In this document: positions 21,501-27,963 of the stretch, piece by piece
How positions within the stretch are numbered: the stretch's first letter is position 1
How the letters are laid out: every line of letters starts with the position of its first letter
Assembly (NCBI GenBank): GCA_035542855.1
Contig: DATKKM010000053.1
Coordinates: forward strand, 7,821-71,820
DNA: 64,000 bases
Direction: 5' to 3'
Source of the DNA: Dehalococcoidia bacterium
GTDB taxonomy: Bacteria > Chloroflexota > Dehalococcoidia > SM23-28-2 > RBG-16-64-32
The notes under the pieces: model-generated
Databases searched by the model: none
What the model was told of the DNA's origin: nothing
What the model saw: only the letters and a program-made list of their open reading frames with translations
Translations under genes and position numbers: made by a program

Positions 21501-22273
21501 TCCGGCGACCAAACGGGGTACCTCGCGGAGTTATTCTGCAGAATCCGGTGCGCGCCGGATCCGTTCGCATTAGCGACGTAGATGCCGTCGGCTTGCCAGT
21601 AGGTGATCTTGCTGCCGTCGGGCGACCAGTCGCCGGAAAGGTGGCTCGGATCGCCCGTCGTGATCGTCGCGAATCCGCTCCCATCGGGGTGAATGCTGTA
21701 CAGGTCGTATCCGATGTCCTCTCCGACGCCTGTGAAGAGGATCTTCGTCCCATCAGAAGACCAGCTAATGGGATAGCTGGCCAGCTGAACATCCGGAGGC
21801 TGAATGGTCCGCGAGATCATCCCCGTGGTGGCACTCAAGATATGAATGACCAGCGTCGTATCGGACAGGCCCACCTCCGCCAGTTGCGTTCCGTCCGGTG
21901 ACCACGCCATGTAGCCACCGGAATGGCCAGTGTGCGTCAGCTGAAACAGGCCCGAACCGTCCTGGTTCATCACGAATATGTCCGTGTGCTGCGATCCCTG
22001 AGGCTCCAACGAGCTGCCGGTCTGCACGAACTCCGTGAACGCGATCTTGGAGCCGTCTGGCGACCAGTAAGGCAGCTCCCCAGGCGCTAGCGGAGTGGCG
22101 CTGCCTCCCCCACGCGGAATCGTTGCGATCTGCCCTCCCGTCATGACAGCGATCAACCCGTTGTCGCCCGGGAACGCGGCGCTGGCCGGGCCTGCGGCGT
22201 CAGGCGCCAGGAGCACGGCGACAAGGGAAGCTAGGAGAAACAACCAAGGGGGAACGCGGAGAAAATGGTGCAA
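18542..22273 (-). CDS. large secreted multidomain protein: 2x TolB-like beta-propeller repeat sets / metzincin-type zinc metalloprotease / Ig-like / dockerin-like C-terminus
   Basis: More than ten WSPDG(S/T) PD40-type repeats in two blocks, each followed by a ...VEFTQGIQQLQ(S/T)IGELQASLAG... segment. The HEIGHNYGLRH zinc-binding motif. C-terminal GDFDCSGAV...DALRELA and GDLDCSGGTDGADATLILKLAA dockerin-like repeats. Start is uncertain: the Met at 22438 would overlap cysS by 106 nt, so a TTG near 22273 preceding the hydrophobic signal segment is proposed. Confidence 0.65.
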   Translation of the reverse strand: MHHFLRVPPWLFLLASLVAVLLAPDAAGPASAAFPGDNGLIAVMTGGQIATIPRGGGSATPLAPGELPYWSPDGSKIAFTEFVQTGSSLEPQGSQHTDIFVMNQDGSGLFQLTHTGHSGGYMAWSPDGTQLAEVGLSDTTLVIHILSATTGMISRTIQPPDVQLASYPISWSSDGTKILFTGVGEDIGYDLYSIHPDGSGFATITTGDPSHLSGDWSPDGSKITYWQADGIYVANANGSGAHRILQNNSARYPVWSPDGSMISYNTTSGASAVWTMRSDGSNATVLTAGGFPSWQPLPPSIQVEFTQGIQQLQSIGELQASLAGSGQLPASVAASLPGDDGIVAYLSAGGIRTVLPDGTGDTLVTSSGVFPRWSPDGGSIAYIQSGQIVVADADGSNGVAIGATTAGFAWSPDGLEIATVRDDPNSDDIGRQDIWVHDLGTGAEQKITPAGVYFINSLAWSPDGSAILFAAGTSPTDTTPFYDFYTLPPGGGAAVNITRTPTVVELGADWSPDGSQIAFYGLRTGSSNSYEVSVMKADGTGARSLVPGSPSSTGPSWSPDGRRLAYNIGSEIHLIDVTGANDTFLVTGSAPDWGPAPPPLQVEFTQGIQQLQTIGELQASLAGNGQPPVPIVAGKAALMRVYLADVDQTTNYHVEVTGEVSKSEDVTITPGCTPKDRRIAKAGCPSQDYYFTPPAGDWSVRLEVTDRSDGRVVLDETFDFASVDTDGLIIKYLPVCIGPAAAPVCPSNAIATSGDALIKTLYPVADDELFYEQLAVPPLVYPSTIASDSALAAALRQRYNLMSMGGFVADQLAGWVPPGGVSTGTLGLSDPVWLGSTGRVTWEVDTSSTDPLDHAFTLAHEIGHNYGLRHTNLSDGCGAQDGTTDWPYGDSTIQETGFDVAAKKPVPAARLDLLSYCSPPGTNIWVSPFDYKKLVQGDFNPQSVGERRPAGAAAPKLVITGTAQAGGGVTIDSAYVIESAAPPDPPNPMGNYCLHMSGGAELDYCFLLAFRNHRTLAPLSEESFSLRVPLPPGTTHVGVLLNHSELASLDASAAAPTVNITQPDHDWSGEQTITWTATDADSDPLNYAVMYSPDNGQTWLPLAVDITDPSLTLDTNQLEGNQLLVRVLASDGLNTTAATSAPITLLNSAHRTWGDFDCSGAVQPMDALRELAARSGASVSQSPGCPAVDSAISVNGASRQWGDLDCSGGTDGADATLILKLAAALPSTPSAQCPRVGTQVLLD

Positions 22274-22331
22274 GTAAGCTACTCCGGTGCAGATTCTGCT
22301 CCGGCGTCGGCGCCGGCGCAATCCTACGGCG

Positions 22332-23702
22332 CTACCTGGCGCGCCAGCGGGTGCCTTCGGCGCTGTCCTCCAGCGTGATGCCGAGGTCCGCCAGGCGCTG
22401 TCGCACGCTGTCCGCCAGCTGGAACTGTTTCGCTGCACGCAGGTCGTTGCGCAGTTGCACCAGCAGGTCGATGAAGGGCTCCGCGCCGCCCGCAGTCTCG
22501 CGCTCGCGCAGGGTCAGGCCCAGCACGCCGGCCAGCTCCCGCAGCATCGCCTGGGCCTCGGCCACGGCGCGGCCTTCATCGCGGGCGCGGTTGATCTCGT
22601 GGGCGAGGTCGAACAGAGTGGCCAGGGCGCCGGCCGTGTTCAGGTCATCGTCCATTGCCTCGATGAAGCGCTCCTTGTACTCTTCCGGGGTGATGTCAGC
22701 GGCCGGGCCATCGCCCGGGGGCAGCGTGGCGGCGATGCGCAGGCGCTCGGCGCCGCGCTTGCCGGACTCCAGGCTCTCGCTGGAGTAGTTGAGGGGCGCG
22801 CGGTAGTGAGCGGTGAGCACGAAGACGCGCATGCCGTCTGCGCCGTACGTCTTCAGCCCCTCGCCGATGGTGACGATGTTGCCCAGCGATTTGCTCATCT
22901 TTTCTTCGCCCAGCGTGAGCCAGCCGTTGTGCACCCAGTGTTTCACGAACGGCTTGACGCCGGTGTAGGCCTCGCTCTGGGCGATCTCGTTCTCGTGGTG
23001 GGGGAAGATGAGGTCCTGCCCGCCGCCGTGCAGATCAAGCTGCGCGCCCAGGTAGCGGTACGACATCGCTGAGCACTCGATGTGCCAGCCGGGGCGTCCG
23101 GGGCCCCAGGGGCTGTCCCAGGACGGCTCGCCGGGCTTGGCGCCCTTCCAGAGCGCGAAGTCCGCCGGGTCGCGCTTCTCCTCGGCCGATTCGACGCGGG
23201 CGTAGTCGCGGCTGATGGTGTCGACGCTGCGGCCGGAGAGCTTGCCGTAGTCGGCGTCGCGGCGGACGTTGTAGTAGACGTCCCCGTTCTCGGTGGCGTA
23301 GGCGCGGTCGTTGGCGATGAGCTTCTGCACCATTTCGATGATCTGCGGGATCTCCTGCGTCGCGCGCGGGTAGATGTGGGCGGGCGTGATGTTGAGCTCG
23401 GCCATCTCCGCCTCGTACTCTTCGATGAACTCCTGGGCGACGGCGTCGTAGCTGCGGCCCTGGGCGTTGGCCTTGAGGATGATACGGTCGTCTATGTCCG
23501 TGTAGTTCTGGACGTGCTTCAGCTTGTAGCCGCGGTACTCCATGTAGCGGCGCAGCACATCGAAGATGATGTAGGACATCGCGTGGCCCAGGTGTGAGTG
23601 GTCGTACGGGGTGATGCCGCAGACGTACATCTTCAGCTCGTCGCTGCTCAGAGGCACCTCTTCGACGCGGCGGGACATGGTGTTATACAGCCGGAGTGTC
23701 AT
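22332..23702 (-). CDS. cysS: cysteine--tRNA ligase
   Basis: HIGH-class motifs (HLGHAMSY) and [14 protein letters not shown] Shine-Dalgarno. Confidence 0.95.
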   Translation of the reverse strand: MTLRLYNTMSRRVEEVPLSSDELKMYVCGITPYDHSHLGHAMSYIIFDVLRRYMEYRGYKLKHVQNYTDIDDRIILKANAQGRSYDAVAQEFIEEYEAEMAELNITPAHIYPRATQEIPQIIEMVQKLIANDRAYATENGDVYYNVRRDADYGKLSGRSVDTISRDYARVESAEEKRDPADFALWKGAKPGEPSWDSPWGPGRPGWHIECSAMSYRYLGAQLDLHGGGQDLIFPHHENEIAQSEAYTGVKPFVKHWVHNGWLTLGEEKMSKSLGNIVTIGEGLKTYGADGMRVFVLTAHYRAPLNYSSESLESGKRGAERLRIAATLPPGDGPAADITPEEYKERFIEAMDDDLNTAGALATLFDLAHEINRARDEGRAVAEAQAMLRELAGVLGLTLRERETAGGAEPFIDLLVQLRNDLRAAKQFQLADSVRQRLADLGITLEDSAEGTRWRAR

Positions 23703-24366
23703 TCGACTCCTTGCTAGCGTTGGCGGCTGTCTTCGGCGCTTCGATCTGAGCCAGCCGCGCCTCCAGCTCCTCGATGCGCTGCTCCAGGCGCTGGATGACG
23801 TCCCACTCCGGGTCTGGCAGGCGCAGGACGGTGTCGTTGCCGGGGTCGGCGAAGGCGACGACGTGGCCCGGCACGCCGACGACGGTGGCGTTCGGCGGCA
23901 CGTTGGTGACGACGACGCTGCCCGCGCCGATCTTGGCGTTCTCTCCGATGGTGACGTCGCCGATGACCTTGGCCCCGGCGCCGACGACGACGTTGTCCTT
24001 CAGCGTGGGGTGCCGCTTGGCACGGCGGGTGCTGGTCCCGCCCAGCGTCACGCCCTGGAAGAGGTGCACGTTATCGCCGATGATAGCCGTCTCGCCGATG
24101 ACGACGCCCATGCCGTGGTCGATGAAGAACCCTTCGCCGATCTCCGCGCCGGGGTGGATCTCGATGCCGGTGAAGAAGCGCGCGAAGTGGGAGAGCAGGC
24201 GAGCCGGAATCTCGGCGCCATTGTGGTGCAGCGCGTGCGCCAAACGGTGGACCTGGCGGGCGTGGAAGCCCGGGTAGGTGAGCATTACCTCGAGGTCGCT
24301 GATGGCGGCGGGATCGCGCAGGCGCGCCGCCTTGATGTCTGACTTGATGCTGTCTAGAAGGCCCAC
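23683..24366 (-). CDS. cysE: serine O-acetyltransferase
   Basis: SAT N-terminal domain plus hexapeptide repeats ([28 protein letters not shown]). GTG start with a GAAGGGAG Shine-Dalgarno. 20-nt overlap with cysS. Confidence 0.9.
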   Translation of the reverse strand: MGLLDSIKSDIKAARLRDPAAISDLEVMLTYPGFHARQVHRLAHALHHNGAEIPARLLSHFARFFTGIEIHPGAEIGEGFFIDHGMGVVIGETAIIGDNVHLFQGVTLGGTSTRRAKRHPTLKDNVVVGAGAKVIGDVTIGENAKIGAGSVVVTNVPPNATVVGVPGHVVAFADPGNDTVLRLPDPEWDVIQRLEQRIEELEARLAQIEAPKTAANASKESNDTPAV

Positions 24367-24638
24367 TGGCCTGTCACTCCCTTCGAATTCGGATACGCGC
24401 GGCGGATCGCCCCCCTCGCCGCGGCGAGGCGGGGCTAGTTACAGGCGCAGCAGTCGCGCCAGCCGCTTTGGAGTGACGTTGAAGTCATGCGGGTATTGTA
24501 CAGGAGAGAGGCGAGGAATTGGAGGTTGGAGGCTGGAGGTAGCGGTGCGCGAAGGAAGCTGTCAACGAATACGGAACGAATTATCGAATCAGCCGATTCA
24601 CTGGTTCGTTGAGGCGTAGCCCATTCGTTGACAGGCTC

Positions 24639-25112
24639 TCACCCTTCACTCAGCAACGCCACGGCCATGGCGGCGATGCCTTCGCCGCGGCCGATATCGC
24701 CCAGGCCCTCGTTGGTCGTCGCCTTGACGTTAACGCGCTCGGGCTGGATGCCGGCGGCGCGGGCGATGATCTTGCGCATCTCCGGGATGCGCGATGCCAG
24801 CTTGGGACGCTCTGCGATGACGGTGGCATCGATGTAATCGACCGCAAGCTGGCGCACGACCAGCATGCCGGCCGTCTGTTCGAGCAGGGAGACGCTGCTG
24901 GCGTCCTTCCACTCGGGGTCGCGGGGCGGGAAGTGCGTGCCGATGTCGCCCAGGCCCGCCGCGCCCAGCAGGGCGTCGATCACGGCGTGGAGCAGGACGT
25001 CGGCGTCTGAATGGCCGGCCAGCCCCGGCTCGCCTTCGAAGCGCACGCCGCCGATGAAGAGCGGGCGCGCGGCGTCGAAGCGGTGGATGTCGTAGCCGAT
25101 GCCTATGCGCAT
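24639..25112 (-). CDS. ispF: 2-C-methyl-D-erythritol 2,4-cyclodiphosphate synthase
   Basis: MRIGIGYDIHRF...HSDADVLLHA motifs. Confidence 0.9.
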   Translation of the reverse strand: MRIGIGYDIHRFDAARPLFIGGVRFEGEPGLAGHSDADVLLHAVIDALLGAAGLGDIGTHFPPRDPEWKDASSVSLLEQTAGMLVVRQLAVDYIDATVIAERPKLASRIPEMRKIIARAAGIQPERVNVKATTNEGLGDIGRGEGIAAMAVALLSEG

Positions 25113-25118
25113 GGGAAC

Positions 25119-25146
25119 AGGGTCAAGGGTCGCGGGTCAGGGGTCA
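25119..25146. repeat. tandem heptamer tract (RGGGTCA)x4, i.e. (TGACCCY)x4 on the minus strand, abutting the ispF start
   Basis: AGGGTCA AGGGTCG CGGGTCA GGGGTCA. It fills the 38-nt spacer between the zinc-ribbon gene stop and the ispF ATG. Confidence 0.7.
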
Positions 25147-25150
25147 AGGC

Positions 25151-25389
25151 TCACATCGGCTGCCCACAGCTGGGGCAGAACTGAACGTCGGACTCGGTGG
25201 GCAGCCTGGTGTGGCAGCGCGGACAGTTGATGTCGGCGGCCTTGCCGCAGCGGGGCAGTACTGCCACTCGCGCTTGATCTCGCGCCCGCACGATAGGCAC
25301 TTGACAGCGGCCAGGCTCGCCGGCGCCTCGAACAGCGCCTCCGGTTGGCCGTCCCGGCCTCGCTCGTCTTCGTCGTCGGTGAGTGGCAT
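25151..25389 (-). CDS. small double zinc-ribbon (DZR-like) protein, reading frame interrupted by an apparent 1-nt frameshift
   Basis: The frame from the ATG at 25389 gives MPLTDDEDE...VKCLSCGREIKREWQYCP. A second frame ending at 25151 gives RCGKAADINCPRCHTRLPTESDVQFCPSCGQPM. One extra C in the minus-strand CCCC run (plus-strand GGGG at 25252-25255) would fuse them into CxxC-x10-CxxC-x7-CxxC-x13-CxxC. Confidence 0.45.
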
Positions 25390-25416
25390 GGCAGCTCCCC
25401 TGGGTCAACATCCACT

Positions 25417-26145
25417 CTAATGCAGGTAGGCCTCCGCCAGCGAGAGATCGTCCGGGGTGGTGATCTTGATGTTGCGGCGGCGGCCCGCATACGTCTTCAC
25501 GGGGATGCCCAGCTTCTCCATCATCGCCGCGTCGTCCGTCACGTCTTCCGTGACCTCGCGGTGGGCGCGCAGCAGCAGGTCGTATCGGAAGCACTGCGGC
25601 GTCTGCACGGCCCGCAGCCGCGTGCGGTCCAGCGTGCGCACCACCGAGCCGTCGTCCGCCACCTCCTTGATCGTGTCGACGATCGGGATCACGGGCACGG
25701 AGGCGCCGCTCTCGCGGGCCGCTTCCAGGCCGCGGGCGATCATGCCCGGCCGGATGAGCGGGCGCCCGCCATCGTGGACGGCCACCCAGGTGACCTCGCC
25801 CAGCGTCTGCAGCCCGCAGTACACCGAGTCCTGCCGCCGCGCCCCGCCCGTGCAGACGCCGGCGATCTTGGCGAACCCCTGCTCGGCGAGCATCTCCCGG
25901 CCGCGCCCCAGGTTCGCCTCGGAGAGGACAACGACGATCTTCTGCACGGTCCAGCAATCGTCGAATGCGGCCACGGTGTGCGCCAGCAGCGGGCGCCCAG
26001 CCACGAGCGAGAACAGCTTGTCGAGCCCTTCCATGCGGGTGCCGCTGCCCGCGGCCACGATGATCGCGCCGACCGATTCCTCGCTCACTTCAGGAATAGT
26101 AGCAAGGAGCAAGGTGCAAGTAGCAAGGAATCCCGGGAGCGCCAC
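25417..26145 (-). CDS. ispD: 2-C-methyl-D-erythritol 4-phosphate cytidylyltransferase
   Basis: AIIVAAGSGTRM glycine-rich loop. The true start is probably internal (near the GTG at VSEES); the N-terminal extension is encoded by heptamer repeats. Confidence 0.85.
   Translation of the reverse strand: MALPGFLATCTLLLATIPEVSEESVGAIIVAAGSGTRMEGLDKLFSLVAGRPLLAHTVAAFDDCWTVQKIVVVLSEANLGRGREMLAEQGFAKIAGVCTGGARRQDSVYCGLQTLGEVTWVAVHDGGRPLIRPGMIARGLEAARESGASVPVIPIVDTIKEVADDGSVVRTLDRTRLRAVQTPQCFRYDLLLRAHREVTEDVTDDAAMMEKLGIPVKTYAGRRRNIKITTPDDLSLAEAYLH
26101..26128. repeat. tandem heptamer tract (AGCAAGG)x4 at the 5' end of ispD
   Basis: AGCAAGG AGCAAGG TGCAAGT AGCAAGG. It encodes the LATCTLLLA extension of the ispD ORF, or lies in its 5' UTR. 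Confidence 0.6.
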
Positions 26146-26180
26146 CTTTCACGGGCCACTTGCGGCCGGCTACCTGCTCC

Positions 26181-26885
26181 TCACATGTGGGTGAAGATCG
26201 TGACGCCGGCGCTGGCCAGGGCGGCCATCCAGGTGTCCTTGATGATCTTGCCGGCCAGCACCGTCAGGAAGAAGCGCCGTATGGGCATGCGCACGGCCCC
26301 GGCGGCCAGGCCGGCTACATCGAAGAGCGGGTTGGGGGTGACGGAGAGCGCGAACATGGTGGCGGTGCCGTGGCTCTCCATCCAGCGGGCGATCCGCTTG
26401 TAGGAAGGCTTGTCCTTCACCACGATCCGCCCGCCGTAGCCCGCCGCGTAGCCGGTGATCTCTCCGATGGCCTCGGCGGTGCCGGCGACGACGCCGACCC
26501 AGAGGAAGGCCGGGACGCCGAGGAAGGGGCTGAGCAGCGCGCCGCCGCCCAGCACGCTGGCGCCGGCCGGGGAGGGCAGCAGGATCGAAGCCGCGCCGAT
26601 GAGGTTAATCAAAAAGAGGCCCGCGTAGCCCCAGCTGCGCAGGTTGCTGATGTCCGTGCTGAAGTAGAAGAAGGCGATGGCGAAGAGTGTGAGCAGGACG
26701 CCGCTGGCGATGAGGAACGTGTACTCCAGCCGCCAGGCGAAGCGGCCCGCCGCCTCCAGGACCTCGTCCAGGGCGGTCTCGTCGTCGTGCAGCCGTATCG
26801 TATCTACCCCGATGTCCACGGTGTCTCCAGGGGACGACAAAGGGGCGAGAGGCCTCTCTCTCGCCCCAAACCGAGTAATTGCCAA
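26181..26885 (-). CDS. DedA/VTT (SNARE-associated Golgi-like) family membrane protein
   Basis: Polytopic, with a DedA-type core (GYAAGYGGR ... FLTVLAGKII). TTG start with an AAGGAG Shine-Dalgarno. Confidence 0.75.
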   Translation of the reverse strand: MAITRFGARERPLAPLSSPGDTVDIGVDTIRLHDDETALDEVLEAAGRFAWRLEYTFLIASGVLLTLFAIAFFYFSTDISNLRSWGYAGLFLINLIGAASILLPSPAGASVLGGGALLSPFLGVPAFLWVGVVAGTAEAIGEITGYAAGYGGRIVVKDKPSYKRIARWMESHGTATMFALSVTPNPLFDVAGLAAGAVRMPIRRFFLTVLAGKIIKDTWMAALASAGVTIFTHM

Positions 26886-26901
26886 GGTATCTTCTCCTTC
26901 T

Positions 26902-27018
26902 TCGCCTACGAGGTTAGCTGACGGGTTCGGCGTGAAGGAGGTTCGCCTACTCGCCGCGGCCGGCGAGATTCACCCCAGGTCTGGGTCCCCCGTTCTCTCC
27001 GTTAGGAAAGATTCGGCG
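26902..27018 (-). other. conserved noncoding element, copy A (candidate cis-regulatory leader RNA of the DedA-family gene)
   Basis: About 75% identical to 61244-61350, including an identical 22-mer CGAGGTTAGCTGACGGGTTCGG. Abuts the DedA Shine-Dalgarno and start. Confidence 0.3.
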
Positions 27019-27153
27019 CTATCTTGTTTTGTTGCCGTCGCAACGCTTCGGCTGAGGAAACCGTACTCATCGGTATCCCTATATGTCAACGCTATAGCCG
27101 TAGCAGAGGTTACGCAGTCCTGTAAATAGTTCCAACCCCTGCATGGCAGGGGG

Positions 27154-27182
27154 TTGACAGCGGGCGGCGCCTGGTGAATGAT
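27154..27182 (+). promoter_or_regulatory. candidate sigma-70-type promoter of TetR-P450 operon
   Basis: TTGACA (27154-27159), 17-nt spacer, AATGAT (27177-27182). Confidence 0.4.
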
Positions 27183-27193
27183 GCTTCAGGTAA

Positions 27194-27231
27194 ATGAACG
27201 GCCATTCATCCAATAGAATGACCGTTCATTC
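27194..27231. promoter_or_regulatory. two tandem palindromic operator-like sites (probable TetR operators)
   Basis: ATGAACGGCCATTCAT (27194-27209) and GAATGACCGTTCATTC (27216-27231), each a 16-bp near-perfect palindrome. Immediately downstream of the candidate promoter and 95 nt upstream of tetR. Confidence 0.5.
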
Positions 27232-27326
27232 AGCGTAAACGCAGACGTAGCAGCGGGCCTTCAGGTCCGCCCCAAGGCGAGGCCGGCAGGGCTCAAGCCC
27301 TGCAGCCTACAGATCGGAACGGCAAC

Positions 27327-27956
27327 ATGGCACGAGTCACAGAAGCGCATGTAGAAGCACGAAGGAACCAGATCCTGGACGCCGCGTGGTCCTGCTTCGC
27401 CCGCCAGGGCTACCACCAGACGACGATGCAGGACATCGCCACCGACGCCGGCATCAGCGCCGGCGCCATCTACCGCTACTACGCCAGCAAGGAGGCCGTA
27501 CTGGCCGCCATCACGGAGCGCAACACCATCCGCTATATGGAACTGCTGGCCGATATCCAGTCCGAGGCCGAGGGGCCGATGGACGTACTCGACTCGGTCG
27601 GCCAGACGATGCTCGCCACCTTCGAAGACCCGATGTACGAGACCAACGCCCGCCTCGACATCGAGATTCGCCCGGAGACTATCCGCAACGACGCCCTCCG
27701 CGAGCGGAGCCGCCAGCAACTCGACTTCTGGCGGCAATCGCTCGTCACACTCCTCCAGGAAGCGCGCGAGAAGGGTGAGATGCGCGCCGACATCGATATC
27801 GACACGTTCGTCGTGCTCGCCATCTGCGCCTACGAGGGGCTGCGCTCCTGGGGGCTGATCGACCCGGCCATCTTCCGCCCGCGTGAGGTGTTCGACCTGC
27901 TGCTGAAGCTGGTCTCCGCCCGTGCGATGCTCCAAACCAGCGAGAACCTCAACTAG
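27327..27956 (+). CDS. TetR/AcrR family transcriptional regulator
   Basis: N-terminal HTH (ILDAAWSCFARQGYHQTTMQDIATDAGISAGAIYRYYASKE). Confidence 0.85.
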   Translation: MARVTEAHVEARRNQILDAAWSCFARQGYHQTTMQDIATDAGISAGAIYRYYASKEAVLAAITERNTIRYMELLADIQSEAEGPMDVLDSVGQTMLATFEDPMYETNARLDIEIRPETIRNDALRERSRQQLDFWRQSLVTLLQEAREKGEMRADIDIDTFVVLAICAYEGLRSWGLIDPAIFRPREVFDLLLKLVSARAMLQTSENLN

Positions 27957-27963
27957 GAGCGCT

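Noticed and set aside
24367-24638. Possible T-box riboswitch in the cysE-cysS leader
   Set aside because: No AANNNGGGTGGNACCGCG T-box sequence or specifier-loop arrangement could be found on the minus strand. Only a GC hairpin without a U tract is present.
25151-25957. 268-aa minus-strand ORF overlapping ispD in another frame
   Set aside because: Only its last about 33 codons (the second zinc ribbon) look protein-like. The rest is an out-of-frame shadow of ispD.
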